Origin: Sedimentisphaeraceae bacterium JB056
GTDB taxonomy: Bacteria; Planctomycetota; Phycisphaerae; Sedimentisphaerales; Sedimentisphaeraceae
Direction: 5' to 3'
Assembly: GCA_044440125.1 (NCBI GenBank)
Contig: JBITAJ010000028.1
Location: forward strand, 1 to 64,000
DNA: 64,000 nucleotides
Shown here piece by piece: positions 53,101 through 61,946 of this stretch. Position 1 is the first letter of the stretch, and the number at the start of each line of letters is the position of its first letter. A program made the translations under genes and the position numbers. The notes under the pieces were generated by a model. It did no database searches and was not told where the DNA came from. It saw only the letters and a program-made list of their open reading frames with translations.

Positions 53101-53914
53101 AATTGTTCTCAGTCGGGCTATTTCAGATTTCTCATTTGGACGTATATTATCATTTATATTTTATGATCATTTTAAAATATACAAACAATTAAGGACATTG
53201 TTTACTGATCAGTGGGATCTTTTAGAAAATATCTATCTTATAGCAAATAAAAGTCAGAGTCATTTTGACCATGATGGCAATGCATTCTCAATTCTTATTG
53301 ATAGAAATATTAGTTTCATAGATCGATATTTTGATGATATTGTTTCGAGAAATGAATATTTAAGTGAGTTTGATGAGCATCGCGATTATTCATTTATATG
53401 GCAACGTGATGATTATATTGACGTGATGGATAAAATCTCGACAATTCTCTTAGGGTATTTGCGACAGCAACAATGTTACTGTTTCGGTTTTTTTAAGATA
53501 TTCTTTAACAAGAACAGAAAGGCTCAAACAGATGCTGACTTGATAGAAAAACAAGACTCATTTTTGAAGGAAAAAATTACAAATCAAGCTGCCGATAGTG
53601 AGTTTATGGAAATGCTGTTTTGGGTAATCGCAGAGTTTGATATATCCAGGAGCCTAAAATTTTACAAAGCTTTTTTGGATGTTAATAAGAGAGTTGATGA
53701 TTTCAAGAATTTACCATTTGGCCCCAGAATATCAACCTGGTCAGGAAGTCGCGTGCCTATTTTAGAACAAGAGATAGAATTTTATCAAGCAGTAGCAGCG
53801 TTGTGTGCTTCTGTAGTTTTTTTGGCACATAGGCAATTTATAGAGGATAGTATATGTTGTCTGAGAAAAGGAATTCAAGATTCAAAGAAACGAGATTTTA
53901 TTGAGGAGATTTGA
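50138..53914 (+). CDS. Large STAND-type P-loop NTPase with N-terminal restriction-endonuclease-like domain (putative antiphage protein)
   Basis: N-terminal FQKLAD...GTPD...AEHT (PD-(D/E)xK-like); Walker A GKAGVGKS; Walker B LIFVDDAN; sensor VTVR; GNARLA; long helical C-terminus ending in WSGSRVP; GAGG RBS. Confidence 0.75.
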   Translation: MTKINQIQNAIRELDGGAFQKLADEYLQKIGYRPINPIGSVVGSNKVRKGTPDTLIPLPNGKYIFAEHTTIAQNQVCGKFTEDIDKCFDESKTGVPVSKIERIVLCYTSQLSSGEIESLQKKCREAGVNLNHYGLSSISYDLLQKYPGVAKDNLGVEVDTGQIVDLDRFISLYEKNKLTTTLETAFHFRDKEINDLLLSLENNDITIISGKAGVGKSRIAVECFRQFLDENDTYKAYCIFNQNVEFYEDIRSYFSDSGNFLIFVDDANRVSGFQYIVQRLQVKRDDQNFKVLVTVRDYALENVKQICKPFGEYQEVCLNAFTEQEIKTLVQDEFEITNHLYLERIADISQGNARLAVMAALVAKEHDTLEAIRDASALYDKYYSSIKTDLEALKDEDILKVAGIVAFFRNIDNTNTEFMQLIERLFGIPCDAFWSKVKKLHDMEILDMYENEVVKVSDQVLATYILYLVFFKDEILDLSIIIEELFPKFKQHIVETINPIINNFNFDEIKTDLHSAIDKVWDKIKIRDKNVFRQLVNMLGPLLKPDETLSLIQEDIKSMDFEDVDIDKVEFTTKSNSSLPEFLSVLPSFINSKTYTGISIDLLLCYVKKRPKDTSIILHCLTDSYGFNLYSYRLGYYVQFEVVNRLFRRSDSGQNEYFSRLFIALSENYLHTHFTSFTERKGAGNICQFLLPVSDELCDLRKRIWNNLFNIYQIEYMQKYILDLLFGHSDFHHHSMPGNIESAKDIIKADAQIVLAFFKKEFDVNDLYQCMIVQKYLKMLKRLGLSYDKEIETSFTSATYYLYNLFTNKMDKAELKLNHKDFEEYRKKKISKLTRSFSLVDYQSLIAEISEIMKVSNGHASWEIERGISYIFDDLAEKDPSLYVEVVKSCLISDKQLRFDAWRVVPNLFKFCGVSETFEILSNVNRSDKEMWLFNYYVYLPEDSISPIHFKELSDLYSTAKVECMTNGFDFLLKYEEVEKGYILSILKIVLSRAISDFSFGRILSFIFYDHFKIYKQLRTLFTDQWDLLENIYLIANKSQSHFDHDGNAFSILIDRNISFIDRYFDDIVSRNEYLSEFDEHRDYSFIWQRDDYIDVMDKISTILLGYLRQQQCYCFGFFKIFFNKNRKAQTDADLIEKQDSFLKEKITNQAADSEFMEMLFWVIAEFDISRSLKFYKAFLDVNKRVDDFKNLPFGPRISTWSGSRVPILEQEIEFYQAVAALCASVVFLAHRQFIEDSICCLRKGIQDSKKRDFIEEI

Positions 53915-53959
53915 TAATCTGATTATAGTAAGGTAAATAGGGGATAGTTGGACTTTTTT

Positions 53960-53994
53960 AAAAGCCTGCCACCGATTTCCGGTGGCAGGCTTTT
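53960..53994. terminator. Bidirectional intrinsic terminator
   Basis: Perfect 15-bp inverted repeat AAAAGCCTGCCACCG-atttc-CGGTGGCAGGCTTTT between convergent genes. Confidence 0.9.
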
Positions 53995-54025
53995 GTTAAA
54001 GATATTTAGAGACCTTTTCAATCAA

Positions 54026-55738
54026 TTATACAAGGCTTTTGTAGTTAGCAGCACCACCTGCAAGCAAATGCACAAGCGGTTCAGGTCGATCAACGCCCTC
54101 AATAAAGGAAGGTCTTGCTGCCCAAGGAGCAACATTTTGAACGCCTGTCAGGTCCATCCAGTATTGCAGTCTTGCGACCGGGAGATCGCGAACCATATGG
54201 AAATGGTTAGCAGGAGTATACTGCTTGTATTCTGTCATAGTCGCATACTTCGGTACCAGGAATGTGTGCGGCCAGTTCCAATTTGTAAGGTTAGTCATTG
54301 CCTCTGAAAGTTTAGCCGGTACTTCAACACTCTCGGCCTCATCCCAGATCATGCTGAACTTGTTGTTCAGGCTGCAGTATGCCATTCTCGCGGCAATACC
54401 CTTGATACCCGCCGGTGACATAAAAGTAACCGAATTACCGCCGCCGGGGAAGTAACCGTCATCTGCGATAGGCATTGAAACCCTCTCAAGTATCTTCTCT
54501 GCAGACCAGTCAGGCATACCTGCCCAGTCGAGCGAAGCACTGCCTGAGTTGTTACCGTCAACAAGTCCTTTGGCAGCCCATTCCTGATCAGTCGGCAATT
54601 CAACACCAATCTCATCAGCAAGCCTTTTGATCTCCCAGCCTTCCCAAACCTTGCGGAAATCCATAAACAACGGAGCACCGCCGCCTGTGAGATAACTCAT
54701 ATACAGCATTGTCAGAAGTGCCTGGCAATCAGCCTCTGTTGCAAACGGGATAGCCTTCTTAGGTCCGTTATGATCAAATGTACTGTTAAATAGCGTTTCC
54801 ATAACATCAGCTACCGGAAGCGGCAGACCTCTGGGGTCGCTGCCCCATTCAAGCTGACTCATAAATCCGCCGCCAATCGCATTGAGATCGGCAAGTATAT
54901 CACGACAGATAAGGTAAAGAGCCAACGACTGATCGAAACGTTTGCTTTCTTCCTCGTTGCGTACTTCGAGCCTGTCGCCGATATTGGTATCGACCCATGC
55001 CCTGAGCTTCTTCAGTTCTTCCTTATCGTAAGATTCTTTCGCAAGCATATCAGAAAGAAGCTTCATATCCAGTCTTGTTACTTCAAGACCGAAAGTATTT
55101 CTTGTAGGGATGATATGCGCCAAAGCTGTTTCCATACCCATTGAGTCGTGACCGAATATAACTACCCTGCGACCCTTTGTGGCGACCTTTGTAACTGCCG
55201 CATAGCACCAGTCGATAAGATCATTGAGTGTCTTTTCACTCATTTCAGGATTCAGACCTGTATCAGGCCAGTTACCAACGTTAAGTGTTGTCATCCTGCC
55301 GTACTGAGCAAAAGCACCATTGAGAGCATGAGCGTAAACAACACCGGGCTTTGGTCCACTGTTACCGCAAGTTATGTTGATTGGAGTATCATCAGGGAAC
55401 TGCTGAAGGAATGAAATACCGGTAAGCTGCGGGAACGCCCATGTATCAGGACACGCGATCAGAATATCAACGCCTGCTTCCCTGAACATAGCTGCAACAA
55501 TATCAGCCTGCTTCTCTGAATCGATGAGAATATCGGAATAGACTACATCTACAGCCTCATTCCCAGGCAGCATTATCTTGCCGCTGACAGAATCGGCGAC
55601 ATGCTTAACAATATTCTGAGTTCTCACCCTGCTGTCGTTATCAATACGAGGATCGCAAGGAGCGAACACACCGATAACAGGCTTCTTAGGCCCAATACCG
55701 CAAGCGGCTTCAAGTTTTTTTGCAGTTGTATCTGCCAT
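54026..55738 (-). CDS. fucI: L-fucose/D-arabinose isomerase family protein
   Basis: KPGVVY, SMGM, ATEAD (catalytic Glu), FMDFR (Asp), NSGS, WPHT, ANH (metal His). Confidence 0.8.
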   Translation of the reverse strand: MADTTAKKLEAACGIGPKKPVIGVFAPCDPRIDNDSRVRTQNIVKHVADSVSGKIMLPGNEAVDVVYSDILIDSEKQADIVAAMFREAGVDILIACPDTWAFPQLTGISFLQQFPDDTPINITCGNSGPKPGVVYAHALNGAFAQYGRMTTLNVGNWPDTGLNPEMSEKTLNDLIDWCYAAVTKVATKGRRVVIFGHDSMGMETALAHIIPTRNTFGLEVTRLDMKLLSDMLAKESYDKEELKKLRAWVDTNIGDRLEVRNEEESKRFDQSLALYLICRDILADLNAIGGGFMSQLEWGSDPRGLPLPVADVMETLFNSTFDHNGPKKAIPFATEADCQALLTMLYMSYLTGGGAPLFMDFRKVWEGWEIKRLADEIGVELPTDQEWAAKGLVDGNNSGSASLDWAGMPDWSAEKILERVSMPIADDGYFPGGGNSVTFMSPAGIKGIAARMAYCSLNNKFSMIWDEAESVEVPAKLSEAMTNLTNWNWPHTFLVPKYATMTEYKQYTPANHFHMVRDLPVARLQYWMDLTGVQNVAPWAARPSFIEGVDRPEPLVHLLAGGAANYKSLV

Positions 55739-56281
55739 AACATCTCTCCAAAATTAAATATGCAGAATTTTTAATAATAAGCGATTTTTAATGATACGCA
55801 CGACAAAAGTTGAAGAACGACAGGTTCACTATCGATGCCTGATTAAAATCGCAGATTTTATCAGCAACGATAGACTTTTGTCTGTATCGCTAACAATAAT
55901 ACTGCATTTTATCCTTAACAACCCACTAATTCAATGCATTATCCATATTTTTAACTGGACAAATCATACATAGAGCAAAAGAAACAAACTACCGCATGCT
56001 AATATCGAAATAATCGAGAATCGCAACTATGCTATTATTGTTTACACCATCATCGCAATCCACCTAACGAAACAAAAGCATTGATCCTCGCCTCAATTGA
56101 CAACCATCTCTAAATTAACAATAAATTGTCATGTTTGCGATACTGATATTATTATAAACTGCTGGAAAATGTTGATTATTTTTGTATAATATTTTGCTCG
56201 TGTATGCATTTTCGTGCTTAAGATTTTAGTTTAATCTATGGCTTTTTAATCAGCCGCATTGGAATTATTTAGGGGTTTATT

Positions 56282-57148
56282 TTGGCACATAAGATAACAG
56301 ATATGAAACAACTGTCTGAAAACGTCTTTCAGATGGATGTAGAGGCAAAATTCATCGCTGAGGCTCGCAAGCCCGGACAGTTTGTTCTGATTTGCAAAAA
56401 CAGCGAATACAGCGAAAGAATACCGCTTACAATAGCCGGTGTTGACAAGGATAATGGAACAATAAGGCTCGTCTTCCAACGTATTGGTAAGACTACCGCC
56501 GAGCTTGCCGACATGAAAGTCGGCGACAACATCGATGACATCGCAGGCCCGCTCGGAACGCCTACGCACATCGAAAAAGTCGGCACTGTTGTCTGCGTTG
56601 GCGGCGGAATCGGAAACGCTCCGCTGCTTCCTATCGCAAGGGCAATGAAAGAAGCCGGCAACAAGGTGATCAGTATTCTCGGCGCAAGAAGCAAAGACAT
56701 CCTGATACTTGAAGATGAGTTTGCCGCAATAAGTGATGAGATGATAATCGTAACCGACGACGGCTCTTACGGCCGTAAAGCACTTGTAACCGAGCCGCTC
56801 AAGGAATTGTGCGAGCGTGAGGACAAGCCGGATATGTGCGTTGTTATCGGACCTACGATAATGATGAAGTTTTGCTGCATGACAACCAAGCAGTACGAAG
56901 TGCCCACAGAGGTATCTCTCAATACAATAATGATCGATGGTACAGGAATGTGCGGAGGCTGCCGTGTAGAGGTCGGCGGCGAAGTCAAATTCACCTGTGT
57001 TGACGGCCCTGAATTCGATGGCCACAAAGTCAACTTCGACCAGTTGATCAACCGTATGAAAGCCTACACAAATCACGAGAAAAAAGCTCTGGAAAATTAC
57101 CAAGAGCATAAATGCAGGCTTGATGAAAAGCTTGCTTCTTCAAAATAA
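56282..57148 (+). CDS. NfnA/SudB-like FAD/NAD-binding 2Fe-2S subunit
   Basis: PGQFV, ERIPLTIA, GPLG, VGGGIG, TDDGSYG, IMIDGTGMCGGCRV...FTCVDGPEFDGH; TTG start. Confidence 0.9.
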   Translation: MAHKITDMKQLSENVFQMDVEAKFIAEARKPGQFVLICKNSEYSERIPLTIAGVDKDNGTIRLVFQRIGKTTAELADMKVGDNIDDIAGPLGTPTHIEKVGTVVCVGGGIGNAPLLPIARAMKEAGNKVISILGARSKDILILEDEFAAISDEMIIVTDDGSYGRKALVTEPLKELCEREDKPDMCVVIGPTIMMKFCCMTTKQYEVPTEVSLNTIMIDGTGMCGGCRVEVGGEVKFTCVDGPEFDGHKVNFDQLINRMKAYTNHEKKALENYQEHKCRLDEKLASSK

Positions 57149-57249
57149 GAAATATCAGTCCGTAGTTCACGGCAAGTGGAAAGCAACTCACCGATACTAA
57201 TCGCTGATTATTGAATCTCTACGAACTGTAAACTACGGACTTTTTAATT

Positions 57250-57972
57250 ATGGAAGGATATATTCATTCAATAGAAACTTTCGCCACGCTCGATGGACCG
57301 GGAACAAGATTCGTCGTGTTCCTTCAGGGTTGCGGGCTAAGATGTTTGTATTGCCACAACCCAGATACATGGGATATCAAAGTCGGCCAGAAAATATCCG
57401 CTGAACAAATATATAAAAAGCTGCTTCGCTACAAACCATATTACGGTGAAAAAGGCGGCATAACACTATCCGGCGGCGAGCCTCTCCTGCAAGTAGAGTT
57501 TTCAACCGAGCTTTTCACCCTGTGCCGTAAGAACAATATAAATACCGCACTCGATACCGCCGGCAGCAGATTTGATGAAAAAGTCAAAGAGCTGCTCGAG
57601 GAAACATCGCTCGTGCTTCTGGATATAAAACATTGCAATCCTGAAAAATTCACACAGATTACAGGCCGCGATATTAACAAGACGATGGAATTCCTTGATT
57701 ACATCACCAAAACCGGTAAAAAATTCTGGGTACGACAGGTGATAATACCGGGAATCAACGATAACGAAGAAGACATAGAACTGCTCGCCGACACACTTGA
57801 AAGCCGGGATGGACTCGAAAGAGTTGAGCTTCTTGGATATCATACTCTTGGCGTTGAAAAATGGGAAAAACTCAATCTACAATATGAGCTTTCCAATACT
57901 CCTAAAATGGATGAGCAAAAGCTGAAACACCTTTCGGATATCCTCGAAAAACGCGGTTTACCTGCACAATAA
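57250..57972 (+). CDS. pflA: Pyruvate formate-lyase activating enzyme (radical SAM)
   Basis: GYIHSIET..TLDGPG.R, CGLRCLYCHNPDTW, SGGEPLLQ, LDIK, YHTLG. Confidence 0.92.
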   Translation: MEGYIHSIETFATLDGPGTRFVVFLQGCGLRCLYCHNPDTWDIKVGQKISAEQIYKKLLRYKPYYGEKGGITLSGGEPLLQVEFSTELFTLCRKNNINTALDTAGSRFDEKVKELLEETSLVLLDIKHCNPEKFTQITGRDINKTMEFLDYITKTGKKFWVRQVIIPGINDNEEDIELLADTLESRDGLERVELLGYHTLGVEKWEKLNLQYELSNTPKMDEQKLKHLSDILEKRGLPAQ

Positions 57973-58017
57973 ACGACACTCAAAGCCTCGGCAAGGCTCG
58001 ACTTGAGACATTTTTTC

Positions 58018-58046
58018 TTGATTTACAAGCACTTTTTGCATACAAT
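58018..58046 (+). promoter_or_regulatory. Putative sigma70 promoter of the DUF378 gene
   Basis: TTGATT-17 nt-TACAAT. Confidence 0.5.
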
Positions 58047-58196
58047 AAGCGTATACATTGGTAGAGAAGTAAAAAGCAAATCATTCAGCAAAGACGTATA
58101 GGTCCTTAGATCTTGAGTTGCGCTTCATTTTAAATGTAATGTCGGCGTAGACATTACGAGGGAACTAAATTAATCTAAATTTAGAGGAGATTTATC

Positions 58197-58418
58197 ATGA
58201 AGGCTCTTGATGTATTCGTATGGGCAGTCCTTATAATTGGAGGACTGAACTGGGGACTCGTGGGCATCTTTGATGTCAATCTCGTTGAAGCCATCTTTGG
58301 AGGCGCAAGCCGGCTTGTTTACAGCTTGGTAGGTTTAGCAGCGTTGTACGACCTGTTAGGTGTAAAAGCAATAACCAAAAGGTGGGACATTCACATGCAT
58401 AGTACTTCACATGCATAA
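58197..58418 (+). CDS. DUF378 domain small membrane protein
   Basis: LIIGGLNWGLVG.F..NLV..IFG...R.VY.LVGLAA; GGAG RBS. Confidence 0.9.
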   Translation: MKALDVFVWAVLIIGGLNWGLVGIFDVNLVEAIFGGASRLVYSLVGLAALYDLLGVKAITKRWDIHMHSTSHA

Positions 58419-58880
58419 TTAAGGATGCTTAGAAAGAAAGCCTCAGCTCGAAAACAGCTTTAAAGAGGTTACTCGATTTTATCGGGTAAAAAAATAAACT
58501 TTCATTTTTCAGAGCAACCCGAAACAGATATATCTACAACACGGCTCTATTAAATAGTCACGTTTTTGGAGTACCGGCTTCCCCTTCTGTACCGGTACTA
58601 AGTTAACCGAAAACCTATTTGATGGGGATAATTTTAGAAAAGCGTTTTTACGCTTGGTAGAGATTGTTTCGGGTTGCCTGCTTTTTTTCCTGCAGAACAT
58701 TTCCAATATATATCGCATACCTGCGACACCAAAGTAATATCTAAAACATTTTTTCTCGTAAATCAGGGGCTTTTTCTGTATAATAACCCCAAATTATTGA
58801 CTTATGTAAAAAAACCGGTATCTTTTTAGGCACCGGTATTTGTTGTTAAATGAATTTAAGTTACTTGGAAACAGGTATTT

Positions 58881-59723
58881 ATGGCTGAAAAATTAAAATC
58901 AGGATGGGATGGTTTCTCTCTTGAACCACGTAAGGAAATGCCCGAAGGCGTATGGATGCAGTGCCCAGGATGCAAAGGCACTTTGTTCAAAAAGGCTGTC
59001 GAAGCGAATCTTAACGTGTGTCCTGACTGCAATCATCACTTTAGAATAGACGCCCAAACTCGAATATCACAAATAGTTGATGAAGGTTCTTTTGAAGAGA
59101 TGTGTCAGGAGTTAGTAAGCTCTGACCCTCTTGATTTCAAGTTTCGCGGAACAACTTACAAGGACCGAATTGCAATTGACATGAAGAAAAGCGGCTCTAA
59201 CGAAGCTATGAAGGTTGGGAAAGCGTTCATTAAAGGTCGAGGCGTTGTTCTCGGCGTCATGGACCCCAGCTTCCTGATGGGTTCAATGGGTGAAGTTGTT
59301 GGTGAAAAGTTCTGCAAAGCAGTTGATCGAGCAATAGAAGAAAAGCTGCCCTTTATAATGATAACATGCAGTGGCGGTGCAAGAATGCACGAAGGTGTTA
59401 TATCGGTACAGCAGATGGCTAAGACCAGTGCTGCCCTGGCAAAGCTGGATGATTCCGAAGGTCTTTTCATACCAGTACTTACCGACCCGACAACAGGCGG
59501 TGTTAGTGCAAGTTTTGCGATGCTTGGCGACATCATAATCGCCGAACCGCAAGCTCTGATCGGTTTTGCCGGTCCTCGAGTTATAAAGCAGACAATAAAC
59601 GTCGATCTTCCTGAAGGTTTCCAGACAAGCGAATTTTTGCTCGACCATGGATTTGTTGATATGATAATCAGCAGAAAAGACCTTCGTAACGAAATCGGCC
59701 GTCTGATTGACTACATGGGATAA
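58881..59723 (+). CDS. accD: Acetyl-CoA carboxylase carboxyltransferase beta subunit
   Basis: Zn finger W.QCPGC...CPDC, GSMG.VVGEK, SGGARM.EG, PTTGGVSASF, GFAGPRVI, FQTSEFL. Confidence 0.97.
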   Translation: MAEKLKSGWDGFSLEPRKEMPEGVWMQCPGCKGTLFKKAVEANLNVCPDCNHHFRIDAQTRISQIVDEGSFEEMCQELVSSDPLDFKFRGTTYKDRIAIDMKKSGSNEAMKVGKAFIKGRGVVLGVMDPSFLMGSMGEVVGEKFCKAVDRAIEEKLPFIMITCSGGARMHEGVISVQQMAKTSAALAKLDDSEGLFIPVLTDPTTGGVSASFAMLGDIIIAEPQALIGFAGPRVIKQTINVDLPEGFQTSEFLLDHGFVDMIISRKDLRNEIGRLIDYMG

Positions 59724-59865
59724 TTATCAATTGATAGTTGATAATGGACAATTGATAATTAACATGGGCACAAAACACAAAAACAGTACCGCGACTATAA
59801 GGGAGCGGGCTGACAACTGACAACTGACAACTGACAACTGATAACTGAAAATTGATAACTGTAAA
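59724..59865. repeat. Heptamer tandem repeats flanking a REP-like element
   Basis: TTGATAA-type units 59731-59758; CTGACAA x4 plus 4 degenerate units 59810-59865; CCGC...GCGG element between them. Confidence 0.85.
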
Positions 59866-60909
59866 ATGGGCTACTTCAGGGAAAACATCGAAAAACTCGC
59901 CGGCTACGTGCCGGGATTCCAGCCAAGCGGCACTGATGTTGTAAAACTCAACACCAATGAGAATCCATACCCGCCATCACCTATGGTTGCGGAAGTAATC
60001 AAAAATTTCGATCCGGCATCTCTTCGCAGATATCCTTCTCCAACCGGCGCAAAATTTCAGAAGGCCGCCGCAGAGCTCAACAATGTAGAGCCGGGTAATA
60101 TCATCTGCAGCAACGGCGGCGATGATTTACTTACGATAGCCTTCCGCTCATTCTGCGATACAGACAGAGCTGTCGCCTACCCTGTACCCACATATACACT
60201 CTATGACGAACTGGCAGAACTTCAAAACTGCCCGATTATAAAAGTGCCGTTTGAAAGCAACAACCTCTTTGAAAAGCTCGCCGACACAAACGCATCGCTA
60301 ATCATATTCTGTAATCCTAACGCCCCTACCGGCTCTTATGTCGAGCCACAGCAGATAGCATCGCTTGCCAGAAAACTCGAAGGCAAGGCCGTTTTGCTCG
60401 TAGATGAGGCTTACGCTGATTTCGCACCGGATAATTGTGCGCAGCTTATAAAGGAACACGACAACCTGATAATCCTAAGATCGCTGAGCAAGGGATACTC
60501 TCTCGCCGGTCTGCGATTCGGTTACGGCATAGCAAGCAGCTCGCTTATTGAAGGCATGATGAAGCTAAAGGATTCATACAACGTGGATGCTCTCGCAATA
60601 GAGATAGCAACCGCCGCGATAACAGACAGAAGCTATTTCAATAAGAATGTAGAGCTCGTTATCTCGGAGAGAGCAAGAGTTACAGAAGAACTGCGTAAAC
60701 TCGGCTTTGCCGTAAACGACAGTAATACAAACTTTGTCTTCGCACAAATCTCAACCCCCACGGCAGCAGAAGTGTTTGAAAAACTAAAAGCAAAAAACAT
60801 CTTCGTTCGCTACTTCCCGGTAGAAGGCATAGACGACAAGCTAAGAATAACAATCGGAACATCCGCCGAAAACACAAAGCTCCTAACCACCCTTAGAGAA
60901 ATTATCTAA
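59866..60909 (+). CDS. hisC: Histidinol-phosphate aminotransferase
   Basis: KLNTNENPY, RYP, NG.DD, NPNAPTG, VDEAY, RSLSKGYSLAGLRFGY, RITIG. Confidence 0.93.
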   Translation: MGYFRENIEKLAGYVPGFQPSGTDVVKLNTNENPYPPSPMVAEVIKNFDPASLRRYPSPTGAKFQKAAAELNNVEPGNIICSNGGDDLLTIAFRSFCDTDRAVAYPVPTYTLYDELAELQNCPIIKVPFESNNLFEKLADTNASLIIFCNPNAPTGSYVEPQQIASLARKLEGKAVLLVDEAYADFAPDNCAQLIKEHDNLIILRSLSKGYSLAGLRFGYGIASSSLIEGMMKLKDSYNVDALAIEIATAAITDRSYFNKNVELVISERARVTEELRKLGFAVNDSNTNFVFAQISTPTAAEVFEKLKAKNIFVRYFPVEGIDDKLRITIGTSAENTKLLTTLREII

Positions 60910-61087
60910 TTTTCTTACTGATATAGAGAAATTCCATCAAACACAAAACCGTATCTTTGCGACCTTGCTTCAAAATTCGTGGTTGAAAATTATCCACTAT
61001 CGATTCTTAATTATTAATTGAATCTGCCGTATTTGCCTGTATAATCAATACTATTGAGAATTACAGCATTGATGGAGTAATAGTTAG

Positions 61088-61900
61088 ATGGTTAAACTTA
61101 AATTAGGGCGTATCAGGGATTTATTAATACTTTCAGCGGTCATTACGGCAGCATTCACCGGAAATACAAACGCCGGAGACCTCTCCAGCGCAACCGGCAG
61201 TCTCTATGAAGATATAAAGACACTGCCCCAATTAGTACTGGACGATATGCATGATGTCTATCTCAGAGAAGACAATTTCATCGCCCTCTCATTAGCCGGA
61301 GCGGCAAGCATAGCGATGCATAACAACGGAAATGACGATAAAATTGCCGACAACTTCGCAGACCACAAAAATCTAAGCGAATTTGGCGACAGGAGCCTTG
61401 ATTTCATAGGCGGCCCAGGTCAGCATTTTGCTTTCAGTGGACTGTGGTATCTGATTGCCGCGGCAAATGACGATGAACTAAATAAAGAACGCGCATGGAT
61501 AATGTTAGAAAGCCTTTCGGTAACAGGTTTCACAACGCTGACGTTAAAAGTTGCAAGAGACAACGAAACACCCAATGGTAAACCTTTAGCATGGCCAAGC
61601 GGACATACTTCAAGCTCGTTCACTGTCGCATCTGTCCTTGATGAATTTTATGGCCCAGGCGTGGGAATACCGGCATATATCCTTGCAGGTACTGTAGGTT
61701 ACCGTATGATGGAGACCGGAGATCACTGGGGCAGTGATGTTGTATTTGGTGCTGTTTTGGGATATATTACAGGCCATTCAATAGCAGGCGAAAAGAAAAG
61801 CCAATTGAAGATTGGGGAATTTTCGGTACTGCCGTATTTTCAGCCGCAACTTAACAATGATTTTGAAGGGATGGGCATTTCATTTGCCTGTCGATATTAA
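61088..61900 (+). CDS. PAP2 family phosphatase
   Basis: K...P, PSGH, R.....HWGSDV motifs; N-terminal signal peptide. Confidence 0.85.
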   Translation: MVKLKLGRIRDLLILSAVITAAFTGNTNAGDLSSATGSLYEDIKTLPQLVLDDMHDVYLREDNFIALSLAGAASIAMHNNGNDDKIADNFADHKNLSEFGDRSLDFIGGPGQHFAFSGLWYLIAAANDDELNKERAWIMLESLSVTGFTTLTLKVARDNETPNGKPLAWPSGHTSSSFTVASVLDEFYGPGVGIPAYILAGTVGYRMMETGDHWGSDVVFGAVLGYITGHSIAGEKKSQLKIGEFSVLPYFQPQLNNDFEGMGISFACRY

Positions 61901-61946
61901 CCGTTTTATAAAACAATATTGATTAATTAGGAAATGGAGAGTTGGT

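Noticed and set aside
49605..54025. Calling the STAND gene region a mobile element
   Set aside because: No integrase, transposase, tRNA or flanking direct repeats could be identified
56246..57109. 287-aa minus-strand ORF
   Set aside because: Antisense shadow of the well-supported nfnA-like gene, with no motifs; the same applies to 2800..3414, 17505..18002 and the other short overlapping ORFs
57149..57249. Possible pfl/ZTP riboswitch upstream of pflA
   Set aside because: Lacks the GACTGGCG and CGCCTGGG consensus segments
59810..59865. Tandem repeats considered as a CRISPR array
   Set aside because: 7-bp contiguous units with no spacers and no cas genes
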